A stretch of DNA of 64,000 nt from a bacterium (GCA_038128225.1 JAYPJF010000001.1:240419-304418), one strand, 5' to 3'; positions 37,785 through 46,978 are shown, numbered from the stretch's first letter. A program made the numbers and translations. The notes: generated by a model from the sequence alone, not told the origin.

Positions 37785-38684
37785 ATGAACGTGAAAAGTT
37801 TTCCCTTCGGGAACAAAAAGAGAACTGGCGCTCTTTTTTTTGCAGGCATAATTATTGTTTCGGGAATTTTAATCTGTACCGACCAGGTGTGGGCAGGCGG
37901 CGGGCCTAGCGGTGGTGGGCAAGGACCTAGTGACAGTGACCCGAATTCAGATCACGTAGGATGTGGCAACTCACACAGCCCTAATCCTGGGCGTGGTCGT
38001 GATCGCGACACTACCCCCATCGGTTGCAGAGGCAAAGACTGTGAAGGCCCGCGTACGCCCCCCGGAGGCGGAGGAGGGGGTGGTGGAGGAGGTGGCTCAA
38101 AACCAAAATCCCCACCAACAGCTTCACTTACCTGTGTTCCAGGAACAATCGACTCTGGCGAATCAGTGACACTCACGTGGCGCTGCCAAAACGCTTCATC
38201 AAGCTCGGGAACGAATTTTTCAACAGGTGGTGCGTTAACAGGAAACAAGGTTTTGCGCCCAACAAGCGCGATCACATACCAAGTTGAGTGTCGCGACGAT
38301 TCTCGTGTTGCGCGCGCATCGTGCCGCGTGAACGTATCTGACGTCAATGGTGACGACACGGGGTTTGTTGATGACATCGACGGCAGTGGAAGCGGTGGAG
38401 GTGGAAATGGTACAGGACTCGATTGGCAACTCGACATCACGGCAAGCCCGCTTCTGGTACAAGTCGGCGGTCAATCGCGAGTGAGTTGGACTTCTTCAAA
38501 CACCGAAAACTGCACTGCTTCTGGTCCAGGACTTTCATCAAACCAATCAAATGGAAGCGCAGACCTTACGATCACCGAAGAAAGCACCTACACACTTACC
38601 TGTGACACCACGCTCGGTGGCGGAGAAACTCTCGAAAGCGACAGTGTCACGGTGAAGATTATTCCGGTGTTTAGGGAACTTTAA
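37785..38684 (+). CDS. secreted Cys-framed two-domain protein, tandem paralog A
   Basis: Signal peptide, Gly-rich linker incl. poly-Gly (PPGGGGGGGGGGGS), then two ~90-aa modules each with W and paired Cys (SLTCVPG..VTLTWRCQNA..YQVECRD..CRVNV; ..SRVSWTSSNTENC..YTLTCDT..). Confidence 0.6.
   Translation: MNVKSFPFGNKKRTGALFFAGIIIVSGILICTDQVWAGGGPSGGGQGPSDSDPNSDHVGCGNSHSPNPGRGRDRDTTPIGCRGKDCEGPRTPPGGGGGGGGGGGSKPKSPPTASLTCVPGTIDSGESVTLTWRCQNASSSSGTNFSTGGALTGNKVLRPTSAITYQVECRDDSRVARASCRVNVSDVNGDDTGFVDDIDGSGSGGGGNGTGLDWQLDITASPLLVQVGGQSRVSWTSSNTENCTASGPGLSSNQSNGSADLTITEESTYTLTCDTTLGGGETLESDSVTVKIIPVFREL
38013..38679 (+). repeat. tandem direct repeat copy 1 (667 bp, identical to copy 2)
   Basis: Nucleotide-identical in all six frames to 38900-39566 (offset 887 bp); covers 3' three-quarters of paralog A. 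Confidence 0.85.
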
Positions 38685-38695
38685 TTTACAAACAT

Positions 38696-39571
38696 ATGCC
38701 GTTTACTAAAAACATAAACAGGACAACGATAGGCTTTTTTTTCGCAGCTCTTTTTGTACTCTCAGGCGCTTTTATCTATGCAGAGCAAGTGTGCGCGGGT
38801 GGTGATGGTGGCGGAGGAGGGGGTGGAACGGGTTGTGGTAACGCCGCAGGGCAGAGGGCAGGAAGGGACAGCCGCGGTGGCGGTAGAGACGACACCGACA
38901 CCCCCATCGGTTGCAGAGGCAAAGACTGTGAAGGCCCGCGTACGCCCCCCGGAGGCGGAGGAGGGGGTGGTGGAGGAGGTGGCTCAAAACCAAAATCCCC
39001 ACCAACAGCTTCACTTACCTGTGTTCCAGGAACAATCGACTCTGGCGAATCAGTGACACTCACGTGGCGCTGCCAAAACGCTTCATCAAGCTCGGGAACG
39101 AATTTTTCAACAGGTGGTGCGTTAACAGGAAACAAGGTTTTGCGCCCAACAAGCGCGATCACATACCAAGTTGAGTGTCGCGACGATTCTCGTGTTGCGC
39201 GCGCATCGTGCCGCGTGAACGTATCTGACGTCAATGGTGACGACACGGGGTTTGTTGATGACATCGACGGCAGTGGAAGCGGTGGAGGTGGAAATGGTAC
39301 AGGACTCGATTGGCAACTCGACATCACGGCAAGCCCGCTTCTGGTACAAGTCGGCGGTCAATCGCGAGTGAGTTGGACTTCTTCAAACACCGAAAACTGC
39401 ACTGCTTCTGGTCCAGGACTTTCATCAAACCAATCAAATGGAAGCGCAGACCTTACGATCACCGAAGAAAGCACCTACACACTTACCTGTGACACCACGC
39501 TCGGTGGCGGAGAAACTCTCGAAAGCGACAGTGTCACGGTGAAGATTATTCCGGTGTTTAGGGAACGCTAA
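38696..39571 (+). CDS. secreted Cys-framed two-domain protein, tandem paralog B
   Basis: Different signal peptide/N-terminal 70 aa, then identical to paralog A from TPIGCRGKDCEGP to IIPVFRE (last residue differs). Confidence 0.6.
   Translation: MPFTKNINRTTIGFFFAALFVLSGAFIYAEQVCAGGDGGGGGGGTGCGNAAGQRAGRDSRGGGRDDTDTPIGCRGKDCEGPRTPPGGGGGGGGGGGSKPKSPPTASLTCVPGTIDSGESVTLTWRCQNASSSSGTNFSTGGALTGNKVLRPTSAITYQVECRDDSRVARASCRVNVSDVNGDDTGFVDDIDGSGSGGGGNGTGLDWQLDITASPLLVQVGGQSRVSWTSSNTENCTASGPGLSSNQSNGSADLTITEESTYTLTCDTTLGGGETLESDSVTVKIIPVFRER
38900..39566 (+). repeat. tandem direct repeat copy 2
   Basis: See copy 1; identity ends one base before the stop-proximal codon (..GGGAAC t vs g). Confidence 0.85.
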
Positions 39572-40191
39572 ACCCACCCCTCACCGTTATCGATAGAACA
39601 CCATAGAACGCAGGAGGCGTACGTTCGGAAAGGCGCCCATGTCGCCGCACGTTTGATAGCCTGTTTTTCAGTCGGCATCGTACGCAAGTTATACACGTGA
39701 CGAATTCCTTTGCGTAAACCCAGGTCACCCGGCGAGAACACGTCTTCATAACCAAGACTGAACATCATAAACATTTCTGCAGTCCAGGGTCCCACACCGC
39801 GCAGAGCGCAGAGCGCGTCTCGTACTTCATGTTCTGGAGCACCGTGCAAGCGAGTAAACGAAAACTCACGAGCAACAATTTTTTGCGCAAGTTCACGAAC
39901 TGCCCGCGCTTTTGCATTTGACAGTCCGGCACTACGCAGTGTTTCGTGTTTCATGGTCGCAAGTGATTTGGGCGTCACGCGTTTCTTCGGGAATAATGCT
40001 TCAAAACGCATCCAAATAGTACGCGCGGCTTTCCCGGAAAGTTGTTGTCCCACAATACTTCGACAAAGTGACACAAAAGGGTCACGGCTAGTCTCTGGCG
40101 CTAAGCGGCCGCCTTTTTTGGTGTATGCACGTGCTTTGTCATACAAAACAGGATCGACACCTTTAAAATGACGCAATACATGGTTGGGCAT
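39568..40191 (-). CDS. DNA-3-methyladenine glycosylase II-like (HhH-GPD superfamily, AlkA type)
   Basis: HhH-GPD region LCALRGVGPWTAEMFMMFSLGYEDVFSPGDLGLRKG with catalytic Asp; upstream helix bundle. Confidence 0.7.
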   Translation of the reverse strand: MPNHVLRHFKGVDPVLYDKARAYTKKGGRLAPETSRDPFVSLCRSIVGQQLSGKAARTIWMRFEALFPKKRVTPKSLATMKHETLRSAGLSNAKARAVRELAQKIVAREFSFTRLHGAPEHEVRDALCALRGVGPWTAEMFMMFSLGYEDVFSPGDLGLRKGIRHVYNLRTMPTEKQAIKRAATWAPFRTYASCVLWCSIDNGEGWV

Positions 40192-40446
40192 ATAGGGACT
40201 GTATCATGCGCCCTTCATCGTATATACTCCATTATTTTGGACAGGAGAGGGAATACTGAAGGAGACGAAGAGTGACCAAGACAGTAAACATTCTAGCGTT
40301 CGCCTGCCTGAGATTCCCTATAAGTATCTGGGGTCCCAGGGGTGAATACCTAGGTCTCGGAGACCCATCTATGCTTGTGTCCCACATGCCGTTCATTCGT
40401 TCCCTCGGTGAAGAGGTACGGGTGGTGGAGGTGGGTGGGTGAATGA

Positions 40447-40479
40447 CAGCCGGCGTACGCGCCGGCTGTTTCTTTTTTT
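40447..40479 (+). promoter_or_regulatory. intrinsic terminator-like hairpin inside the ileS 5' leader (possible attenuator)
   Basis: CAGCCGGCG-tacg-CGCCGGCTG then TTTCTTTTTTTg, 40 nt upstream of the ileS ATG; preceded by G-rich run GGTGGTGGAGGTGGGTGGGTG. Confidence 0.5.
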
Positions 40480-40519
40480 GGACGTGTGCGGGCGGCATTG
40501 TTTTGCTAGGATAGGCAAG

Positions 40520-43378
40520 ATGGCGCAGGAAAAGAAAAGCGAAACAGCGTTGCGTGAAGAAGAGGTACTCACTTTTTGGCGCGCTGACAACACGTTTCAA
40601 AAATCACTTGAAAAAGATGCGCCCCGCGGAGAGTTTGTATTTTTTGATGGGCCTCCATTTGCAACCGGGCTTCCGCATCACGGACACCTGCTCGGGAGCA
40701 CTATTAAAGATGTGGTGGGGCGGTATGCCACTATGCGCGGGTATCGAGTGCCGCGTAAATGGGGCTGGGATTGTCACGGACTTCCTATCGAGAGCCTGAT
40801 TGAGAAGAAACTCGGTCTCAAAACAAAAAAAGATATTCTCGAGCTGGGTATCGACACGTTCAATCGTGCGGCGCGCGAAGCGGTGATGGAATTCGCGCAG
40901 GACTGGGAAAAATATGTTGAACGCATCGGGCGGTGGGTGGACTTTAAGAATTCGTACAAAACGATGGACAATAGCTACGTCGAGGCAGTGTGGTGGGCTG
41001 TCAAAAAACTCAACGAGCGTGGTTTATTGTACGAAGGAAAGAAGGTGCTGATGTACTGCCCGCACTGTGAGACTCCTTTGGCGAAAGCTGAAATTCAGAT
41101 GGATAATACGTATAAAGATGTCACGGAAGATGCGCTTACGGTAAAATTTAAAATTAAAAACCCTAGCGCGCACGCACTCCCCGGGAACACGTTCCTTCTT
41201 GCGTGGACAACGACACCGTGGACCCTGCCAGGAAATGTTGCGCTCGCGGTTGCTGCAGATAAAACGTATGGTGTGTATGTTCAAGACGGGGAACAGGTAA
41301 TCGTGGTAGTCGAACGTGCTGAATCCCTTGGGTTATCTACACCAACAAAAACATTCATGGGGAGCGAGCTTATCGGTATTGAATATGAGCCTCTGTATCT
41401 CTTGAAAGCAGTCGAAGCTTATAAAGGCAAAAAACATCTCGTTCTCCCAGCAGATTTCGTTACTACCACTGACGGCACAGGCATTGTGCACACGGCGGTC
41501 ATGTACGGAGAAGATGATTTCGTATTGGGGCAGAAGGAAGGTTTGCCCATGGTTCAGATGTTAGATGCGGGGGGTAGTTACAATAGCGATGCTCCTGAAT
41601 TGGTACGCGGCATGTATTTCAAGAAAGGCGGCAAACAGGTAACAGAGGACTTAGAAAAGCGCGATCTCATCTTCAAAAAAGAATCTCACACGCACAGCTA
41701 CCCTCACTGCTATCGTTGTGGGAACGCGCTCATTTACAACGCGGTTGCTTCTTGGTTTGTGGATATTCAGAAAATTAAGCAAGCGCTTTTGGATCAAAAT
41801 GAAAACGTTACGTGGGTGCCAGCGCATCTTAAGCACGGACGCTTTCAACACATTGTCGAGAACGCACCTGATTGGACGATCTCGCGCAATCGTTTCTGGG
41901 CATCACCGCTTCCCATATGGAAGTGCGATTCGTGCAAGAAAACCGACATTATCGGGTCGGTTCAAGAATTGAAAGCGCGGGCACAGGAGCCGGTGTCTGA
42001 CACCATTGATTTACATCGACCACACGTGGATATGTTCACACTCACTTGTGCCTGTGGCGGGGTGATGAAAAGAATTCCGGAAGTTGTTGACTGCTGGCTC
42101 GAGTCTGGCTCTATGCCTTTTGCGCAACACCATATGAGCGGAGAGACAATTGCCGAACCGCCTGTAGGAGACTTTATCGCGGAATATATAGCACAGACGC
42201 GCACATGGTTTTATTACACGCATGTAATGGGGGTCGCGCTTTTTGATCGGCAGGCATTTAAGGCGGTTGTTTCAACGGGAACTATTCTTGCCGCAGACGG
42301 CGAAAAAATGAGCAAATCAAAAGGAAACTACACTGACCCGCTTATAAATCTTGATCGGTATGGCGCTGACGCGTTTCGCTACTACATGATGGCAACACCA
42401 GTGATGCATGCGGAAGATTTTAGTTTTCGTGACGAAGATTTGCGTGAAGCGCATAGTCGCATCATCAACATGCTATGGAATACGTATCAGTTCTATACTC
42501 TTTTCAAAGATACCGTTGCGCACACAGACCAGAGTCCACGCACGCACATACTCGACCGTTGGGTGATGGCACGTCTTGACGAAGTGGTGATTGAGGTCAC
42601 CGATTCTATGAATGTGTTCGACCTGCCGCGCACATGCCGCGCTCTTCGTGATTTTATCGAAGATTATTCCACATGGTACGTGCGGCGCTCGCGCGAGCGT
42701 GTGAAAAGTGGCGGGTCATCAGATGCACTTGCGACACAGCGAGAAGTGCTTGTGACACTCTCAAAACTATGTGCGCCCATCATGCCGTTTATCGCAGAAA
42801 GTGTTTATCGCGGGGTGACAGGCGAGGGGAGCGTGCATCTTACAGAGTGGCCGAGCGCCACGGTGCGCCCGGAAGATGTCGATGTGCTCGCGGGAATGAA
42901 ATTCTCGCGCGAAGTAGTCTCACTTGGTCTTACTGAACGCGCACAACATGGGATAAAGGTGCGGCAACCACTTGCGCGGCTTACGGTGCGCACTCCCTTG
43001 GTTGCGCTCTGGGGTGAGTTGGCGGAGATCATTCGCGAAGAACTTAATGTCAAAAATATTGAACTTGAAGACCGAGAGGTAAAAGAAGGTGAGGCTCGTG
43101 TTGATTTGGATACCAATCTTACTCCTGAGCTTGTGCGCGAAGGAGAGGTGCGCGATCTGCTCCGTATCGTGCAAGAACTGCGTAAAAAGAAAGGCCTTGC
43201 CCCAAGTGACCAAACAGCACTTTTAGTACAAGCGGAAGGGCAGGGCCGCGTATTCATGGAATTTGCACGAGAAGAGCTGAGACGCGTGGCGTCGGTACAA
43301 CGTATCGATTATGTGGCTTCAGTACGGGGAGAAAAAATCACGATCGAAGGTGGTAGTGTAAACGTTGCACTGCAATAG
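40520..43378 (+). CDS. ileS: isoleucine--tRNA ligase
   Basis: HIGH (PFATGLPHHGHLLG), KMSKS (KMSKSKGN), CP1 editing domain, ~950 aa. The ORF track's Met at 40439 would translate through the terminator hairpin; start moved to MAQEKK. Confidence 0.9.
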   Translation: MAQEKKSETALREEEVLTFWRADNTFQKSLEKDAPRGEFVFFDGPPFATGLPHHGHLLGSTIKDVVGRYATMRGYRVPRKWGWDCHGLPIESLIEKKLGLKTKKDILELGIDTFNRAAREAVMEFAQDWEKYVERIGRWVDFKNSYKTMDNSYVEAVWWAVKKLNERGLLYEGKKVLMYCPHCETPLAKAEIQMDNTYKDVTEDALTVKFKIKNPSAHALPGNTFLLAWTTTPWTLPGNVALAVAADKTYGVYVQDGEQVIVVVERAESLGLSTPTKTFMGSELIGIEYEPLYLLKAVEAYKGKKHLVLPADFVTTTDGTGIVHTAVMYGEDDFVLGQKEGLPMVQMLDAGGSYNSDAPELVRGMYFKKGGKQVTEDLEKRDLIFKKESHTHSYPHCYRCGNALIYNAVASWFVDIQKIKQALLDQNENVTWVPAHLKHGRFQHIVENAPDWTISRNRFWASPLPIWKCDSCKKTDIIGSVQELKARAQEPVSDTIDLHRPHVDMFTLTCACGGVMKRIPEVVDCWLESGSMPFAQHHMSGETIAEPPVGDFIAEYIAQTRTWFYYTHVMGVALFDRQAFKAVVSTGTILAADGEKMSKSKGNYTDPLINLDRYGADAFRYYMMATPVMHAEDFSFRDEDLREAHSRIINMLWNTYQFYTLFKDTVAHTDQSPRTHILDRWVMARLDEVVIEVTDSMNVFDLPRTCRALRDFIEDYSTWYVRRSRERVKSGGSSDALATQREVLVTLSKLCAPIMPFIAESVYRGVTGEGSVHLTEWPSATVRPEDVDVLAGMKFSREVVSLGLTERAQHGIKVRQPLARLTVRTPLVALWGELAEIIREELNVKNIELEDREVKEGEARVDLDTNLTPELVREGEVRDLLRIVQELRKKKGLAPSDQTALLVQAEGQGRVFMEFAREELRRVASVQRIDYVASVRGEKITIEGGSVNVALQ

Positions 43379-43382
43379 GGAG

Positions 43383-43410
43383 GCGCCCGCAAGATGCGGG
43401 CGCGGTTTAC
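43383..43410 (+). terminator. weak hairpin after ileS
   Basis: GCGCCCGC-aagat-GCGGGCGC then ggTTTacg; poor U-tract. Confidence 0.35.
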
Positions 43411-43419
43411 GATTGAGTG

Positions 43420-43641
43420 TTACCACTCCAACGCCTCGATGAGGCTAGATTCTGCGGGCCGTCCACTATCGGAAGCGGCGACAATCACCGAAGGCCGCGC
43501 GTCCTTGGAGTGATTAGCTACCAGTGTTCCGATTTCTGCGGTACGAGGAGCCTTCGGCTGAAATGCAATATGCACGCGCGTCTCGCCACCGAGAAAGCCC
43601 TTCAACTTCGAGAGTTCGGCGATCATCTGATCGATGGTCAT
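43420..43641 (-). CDS. small hypothetical protein (73 aa)
   Basis: ORF only; no family recognised. Confidence 0.3.
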   Translation of the reverse strand: MTIDQMIAELSKLKGFLGGETRVHIAFQPKAPRTAEIGTLVANHSKDARPSVIVAASDSGRPAESSLIEALEW

Positions 43642-43671
43642 TGAGATCTCCTTTTCTACTTACCTGCGGTA

Positions 43672-44706
43672 CTATAGTCGCTGGAGCAAAGGGCTGTCAA
43701 TAAGCAAGAAACGGCGCACTTCTCCGTTTGGCATCGTGTATTCAAGCTCTGTATCGGAAATCCATTTCGGCTTCGAAAACCACAATGGTTCTTCAACTTC
43801 CGTCACGAGCTGTTTTTCTTTGGTAAATAAATTTTGAATATAGAGCGCTGACCCTATTCCAGCGTTACGGCGCTCTTCTCTTTCGAGCGCTTGGAATTCT
43901 TCGTCGGGGATCCAATCCGCACCCTCGCTTATTGTTACAAGTCCGGTGTCGTAATTAAGCGCGTCTCCACCGAGAGCGTCTTGATCCGCTGTGAATACTT
44001 GCCATGCAAAATTAGTGAAATCGATGCGTATATACGCGACAGGGTATGCGGCATCGAAAATATAAACCCACAAATAGCGCCCATCGCGGCTCCAATCAAG
44101 GAACGAAATCGATCCTAGAATTCCCGGTTCGCGTACATTTATATCTTTCATGGGCAGTACGAACACTTCTTTGAAGTCTTTGTCAGAGAGGTCTTTCACT
44201 ACCACTTCCTGAACTTCGCCTCCCATATAACCGCGTTCTAGTACAACAAAACGCTCGTCAGGAGAAACGCGGAAGTTGTAGCCAAATGTGGTTCTTCCTG
44301 CACGATTGTATATCACATCGTCAAAGTTTATGAAATTAAAGAGCTTTTCTCCGTGGCCATCATAGGAATATTTCCAAAACGACGTTTCAAAACCAAATCG
44401 ATGAGTTCTCAGTCTCTCGTCAAAGTTAAATTGGCGGATTACATACAAAGCACACGGATGTATTTCCATGGGATGCGCCACGTTTCGCACTTGCCCAATT
44501 TTGAAAACTTTCTGGGGTTCAGGAGATTCCGAACTTAAAACAGAGACGGTGGTAGTACTTGTCTGTGCTATTTTATTTTCACTTTCGGTCGCAACCATAG
44601 CGGCATCAAGACATACTCTGTGGGGAGCCGCATCGTACACAACCCATGCTAGAGCCGCGCCGGTTATCAACAGCCACAAAATATATTGGGTGTGCTCAGA
44701 GAGCAT
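43672..44706 (-). CDS. membrane-anchored hypothetical protein (345 aa)
   Basis: Start chosen at Met preceding TM helix (MLSEHTQYILWLLITGAALAWVVY); the longer upstream extension is rich in Arg/Gly and lacks signal features. No family recognised. Confidence 0.45.
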   Translation of the reverse strand: MLSEHTQYILWLLITGAALAWVVYDAAPHRVCLDAAMVATESENKIAQTSTTTVSVLSSESPEPQKVFKIGQVRNVAHPMEIHPCALYVIRQFNFDERLRTHRFGFETSFWKYSYDGHGEKLFNFINFDDVIYNRAGRTTFGYNFRVSPDERFVVLERGYMGGEVQEVVVKDLSDKDFKEVFVLPMKDINVREPGILGSISFLDWSRDGRYLWVYIFDAAYPVAYIRIDFTNFAWQVFTADQDALGGDALNYDTGLVTISEGADWIPDEEFQALEREERRNAGIGSALYIQNLFTKEKQLVTEVEEPLWFSKPKWISDTELEYTMPNGEVRRFLLIDSPLLQRL

Positions 44707-44740
44707 AGACGTATAATACGGCCAAGGGCGAATAAATAAT

Positions 44741-46978
44741 ATGCGCGGTTTGTATATAAACCCGCGTGCGCTTCTCCTTCTTGTGATCATTTTGGGAGTG
44801 CCTGGTATCGCGCGTGCGCAAATTTTCCCACCACCACCGTCATTTTCTCCCACGTTTGAAGTTACGTATGCATGGAACGATACCTCGATTAGTCACGGGA
44901 GCACGCATAACTTTCCTGAAGACGGGGTGGGGGCTGGCACGTATGGATGGCCTGGCGGGCTTGTGCTCGGTGCGTTGTACAAAGGGGAATTGAATAATGC
45001 AACAGAAATCAATGGACATTTGATGGGCAACGCCTCAACACTGGTATCGACACAGCCGAATGACTACTTTCAAGGATCGGGAAAGTATTTTGTAACTATC
45101 TTACGTGTTTCTCAGCATGCGTTTTTAAACGACCCACTTCATTTGTACAACGAATGGTTTTTGCACGGAACCACATTGAACCCCGATGCGCGGCCGCCTG
45201 CGGAATGGGGAATTTTGGAGTTCGAGGTGAAGGATGGTGTGGTGTTGTACACGCAGATCGAATCAAACTTCCCTTCACAGGCGTTAACGAGTGAATGGGA
45301 TGACGATGTGTATGCGGGAGGAGAGTCTGGGGCGTACGGGTGCGGGGGACAAGAAATCCCTGATATAAGCTCTTGCGGTTGTGCCGTGACTTCTGCTGTG
45401 ATGGTCGGGCGTTTCCACGGGGCTCTTGATGGTGTCGATGGTAACAGAATCGATCCAGGGACACTGAATGCTTGGCTCAAAGAAAACGGCGGGTATCTTG
45501 ATGGGGGTTCAGTGAATTGGAATTCCATCGCGAAGTACACCGGCAATAAAATCAAGTTTACTACACACAACAGTGTCCCGAACAACTTCGCGCTCCTTGA
45601 TGAAAAACTCAATCAAAATTTACCGGTCATAGCGCGCGCAGAGTATGGTCGCGGTGATCGATCAGCCCATTTTTTTGTCATTGATAAAAAACTTGCTTCC
45701 ACATACCGTGTGAAGGATCCGTACTGGTACAACACTAAAACGCTTGATGAGGAAGCGACAAACCATGCAGCAAAAATCCGCGATTACCTCGGAGGTTTTG
45801 ACGGGCTTCGAGTATACGAACCACACGACGGCTCCCCTTACGCATACGTTACCTTTGCGCTCGGCTCTCCCGCAGAGCTTTTGATTACGGATGTGCTCGG
45901 GCAGAGACTTGGCAAAGACCCTACAACAGGCACGGTATATGGGGAAATCCCTGGGGCTTCATACGGTAGTGATGACTTCGGGAATCCTGAAGAATTTGGC
46001 ACACTTCCCGCACATGAAGGCAAGGTCGCGTACATCCCTGACCCAGGTGGCGCGTATACGGTTTCGGTAATTGGAACAGGCGAAGGAGGATATTCGCTTA
46101 CCTCGATAGTGAGCGATACAGGTGGTGGTGTGCACGAAAGCACTTTAGAAAGTGAGATACATGCTGGCCAAATCGTTACCTACCATGCTGCCGTAGACAC
46201 AACACATGCTGATCAATCGAATGTCACTCTTGCCGACGCGACTCCGCCCGAGACGCAAGCTGTGCTTTCTGGTGAAGAAGGTGAGGTGGGGTGGTTTCAT
46301 TCTGCGGTAACGGTAAATCTTTTTGTGACAGGTGAGGAGAGTGATGCGTACACCGAGTACCGGTTCGGCATTGGTCCATGGGCTCCTTACGCCCAACCGG
46401 TGGTTGTGTCGGCTGAGGGCGCATATAGCATGCAATTTCGGTCGCGTGACTCGGCAGGAAATCAGGAAACTGAAAAGTCAGTTTCATTTACGATAGATAT
46501 GACACCGCCGGAGGCGCGCGCGTCTCTCGACGTCCAGACTAAGAAAATAAAAGTAGAAACAATAGACACGTACCCACAGTCTGCAACGCAAACGGTCAAT
46601 GGACAGGCGACAACATATACGCTTACCGATAAAGCACACAATACGACCATCCTCACACTTCGCGCGGTTCAGAAGCCAACGTTCCTCACCGCCTTCACGG
46701 CGCAGACACTTTCGTATAATGGCTCACCAATGGTGCTACCAGAAAACGTTGCCGCGTATGGGTGGGTCGCGAAGCAGGGGAAGCTGCAGAGTTTTATCGA
46801 GGATGTTTTTATTAAAGGGATCACCAATGCTACAGGAGTGTACACAGCAAAAACAAATAGCACGCAATTGATTATTATTGATCTTGCAACAAAGAAAAAG
46901 TCCACAGAAAAGAGGCAAGGCCTGGCAATTCTGGGGATTGAGACTAGTAAAGGGAAGCTCAGAACATTTACTCAATAA
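44741..46978 (+). CDS. secreted protein with C39-like papain-fold cysteine peptidase motif and OmpL47-type Ig-like domain
   Basis: Signal peptide; GQEIPDISSCGCAVTSAVMVGRFHG resembles the C39 Cys motif (Q..SDCG.A.LAM.L...G) and SAHFFVIDKK the His motif (HFVVL); later HSAVTVNLFVTGEESDAYTEYRFGIGPWAPYAQPVVVSAEGAYSMQFRSRDSAGNQETEKSVSFTIDMTPPEA matches the OmpL47-type Ig-like repeat. TATAAT at 44712 upstream. Confidence 0.5.
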   Translation: MRGLYINPRALLLLVIILGVPGIARAQIFPPPPSFSPTFEVTYAWNDTSISHGSTHNFPEDGVGAGTYGWPGGLVLGALYKGELNNATEINGHLMGNASTLVSTQPNDYFQGSGKYFVTILRVSQHAFLNDPLHLYNEWFLHGTTLNPDARPPAEWGILEFEVKDGVVLYTQIESNFPSQALTSEWDDDVYAGGESGAYGCGGQEIPDISSCGCAVTSAVMVGRFHGALDGVDGNRIDPGTLNAWLKENGGYLDGGSVNWNSIAKYTGNKIKFTTHNSVPNNFALLDEKLNQNLPVIARAEYGRGDRSAHFFVIDKKLASTYRVKDPYWYNTKTLDEEATNHAAKIRDYLGGFDGLRVYEPHDGSPYAYVTFALGSPAELLITDVLGQRLGKDPTTGTVYGEIPGASYGSDDFGNPEEFGTLPAHEGKVAYIPDPGGAYTVSVIGTGEGGYSLTSIVSDTGGGVHESTLESEIHAGQIVTYHAAVDTTHADQSNVTLADATPPETQAVLSGEEGEVGWFHSAVTVNLFVTGEESDAYTEYRFGIGPWAPYAQPVVVSAEGAYSMQFRSRDSAGNQETEKSVSFTIDMTPPEARASLDVQTKKIKVETIDTYPQSATQTVNGQATTYTLTDKAHNTTILTLRAVQKPTFLTAFTAQTLSYNGSPMVLPENVAAYGWVAKQGKLQSFIEDVFIKGITNATGVYTAKTNSTQLIIIDLATKKKSTEKRQGLAILGIETSKGKLRTFTQ

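Noticed and set aside
37785-39571. Possibility that the 667-bp repeat is a CRISPR array or a diversity-generating retroelement TR/VR pair
   Set aside because: There is no short repeat-spacer periodicity and no reverse transcriptase nearby. The copies are identical rather than adenine-mutated, and both copies are in-frame protein-coding bodies.
40447-40479. Calling the ileS leader a definite T-box riboswitch
   Set aside because: I could not find the conserved AGAGA/specifier-loop architecture or the ACCGCG antiterminator half by eye. It is kept as a hypothesis in the findings, not as a feature call.
40232-40600. 122-aa minus-strand ORF and the 40439 plus-strand start spanning the ileS leader
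   Set aside because: Both would translate through a strong terminator hairpin and T-run. ileS starts at MAQEKK (40520), so the region is treated as a non-coding leader.
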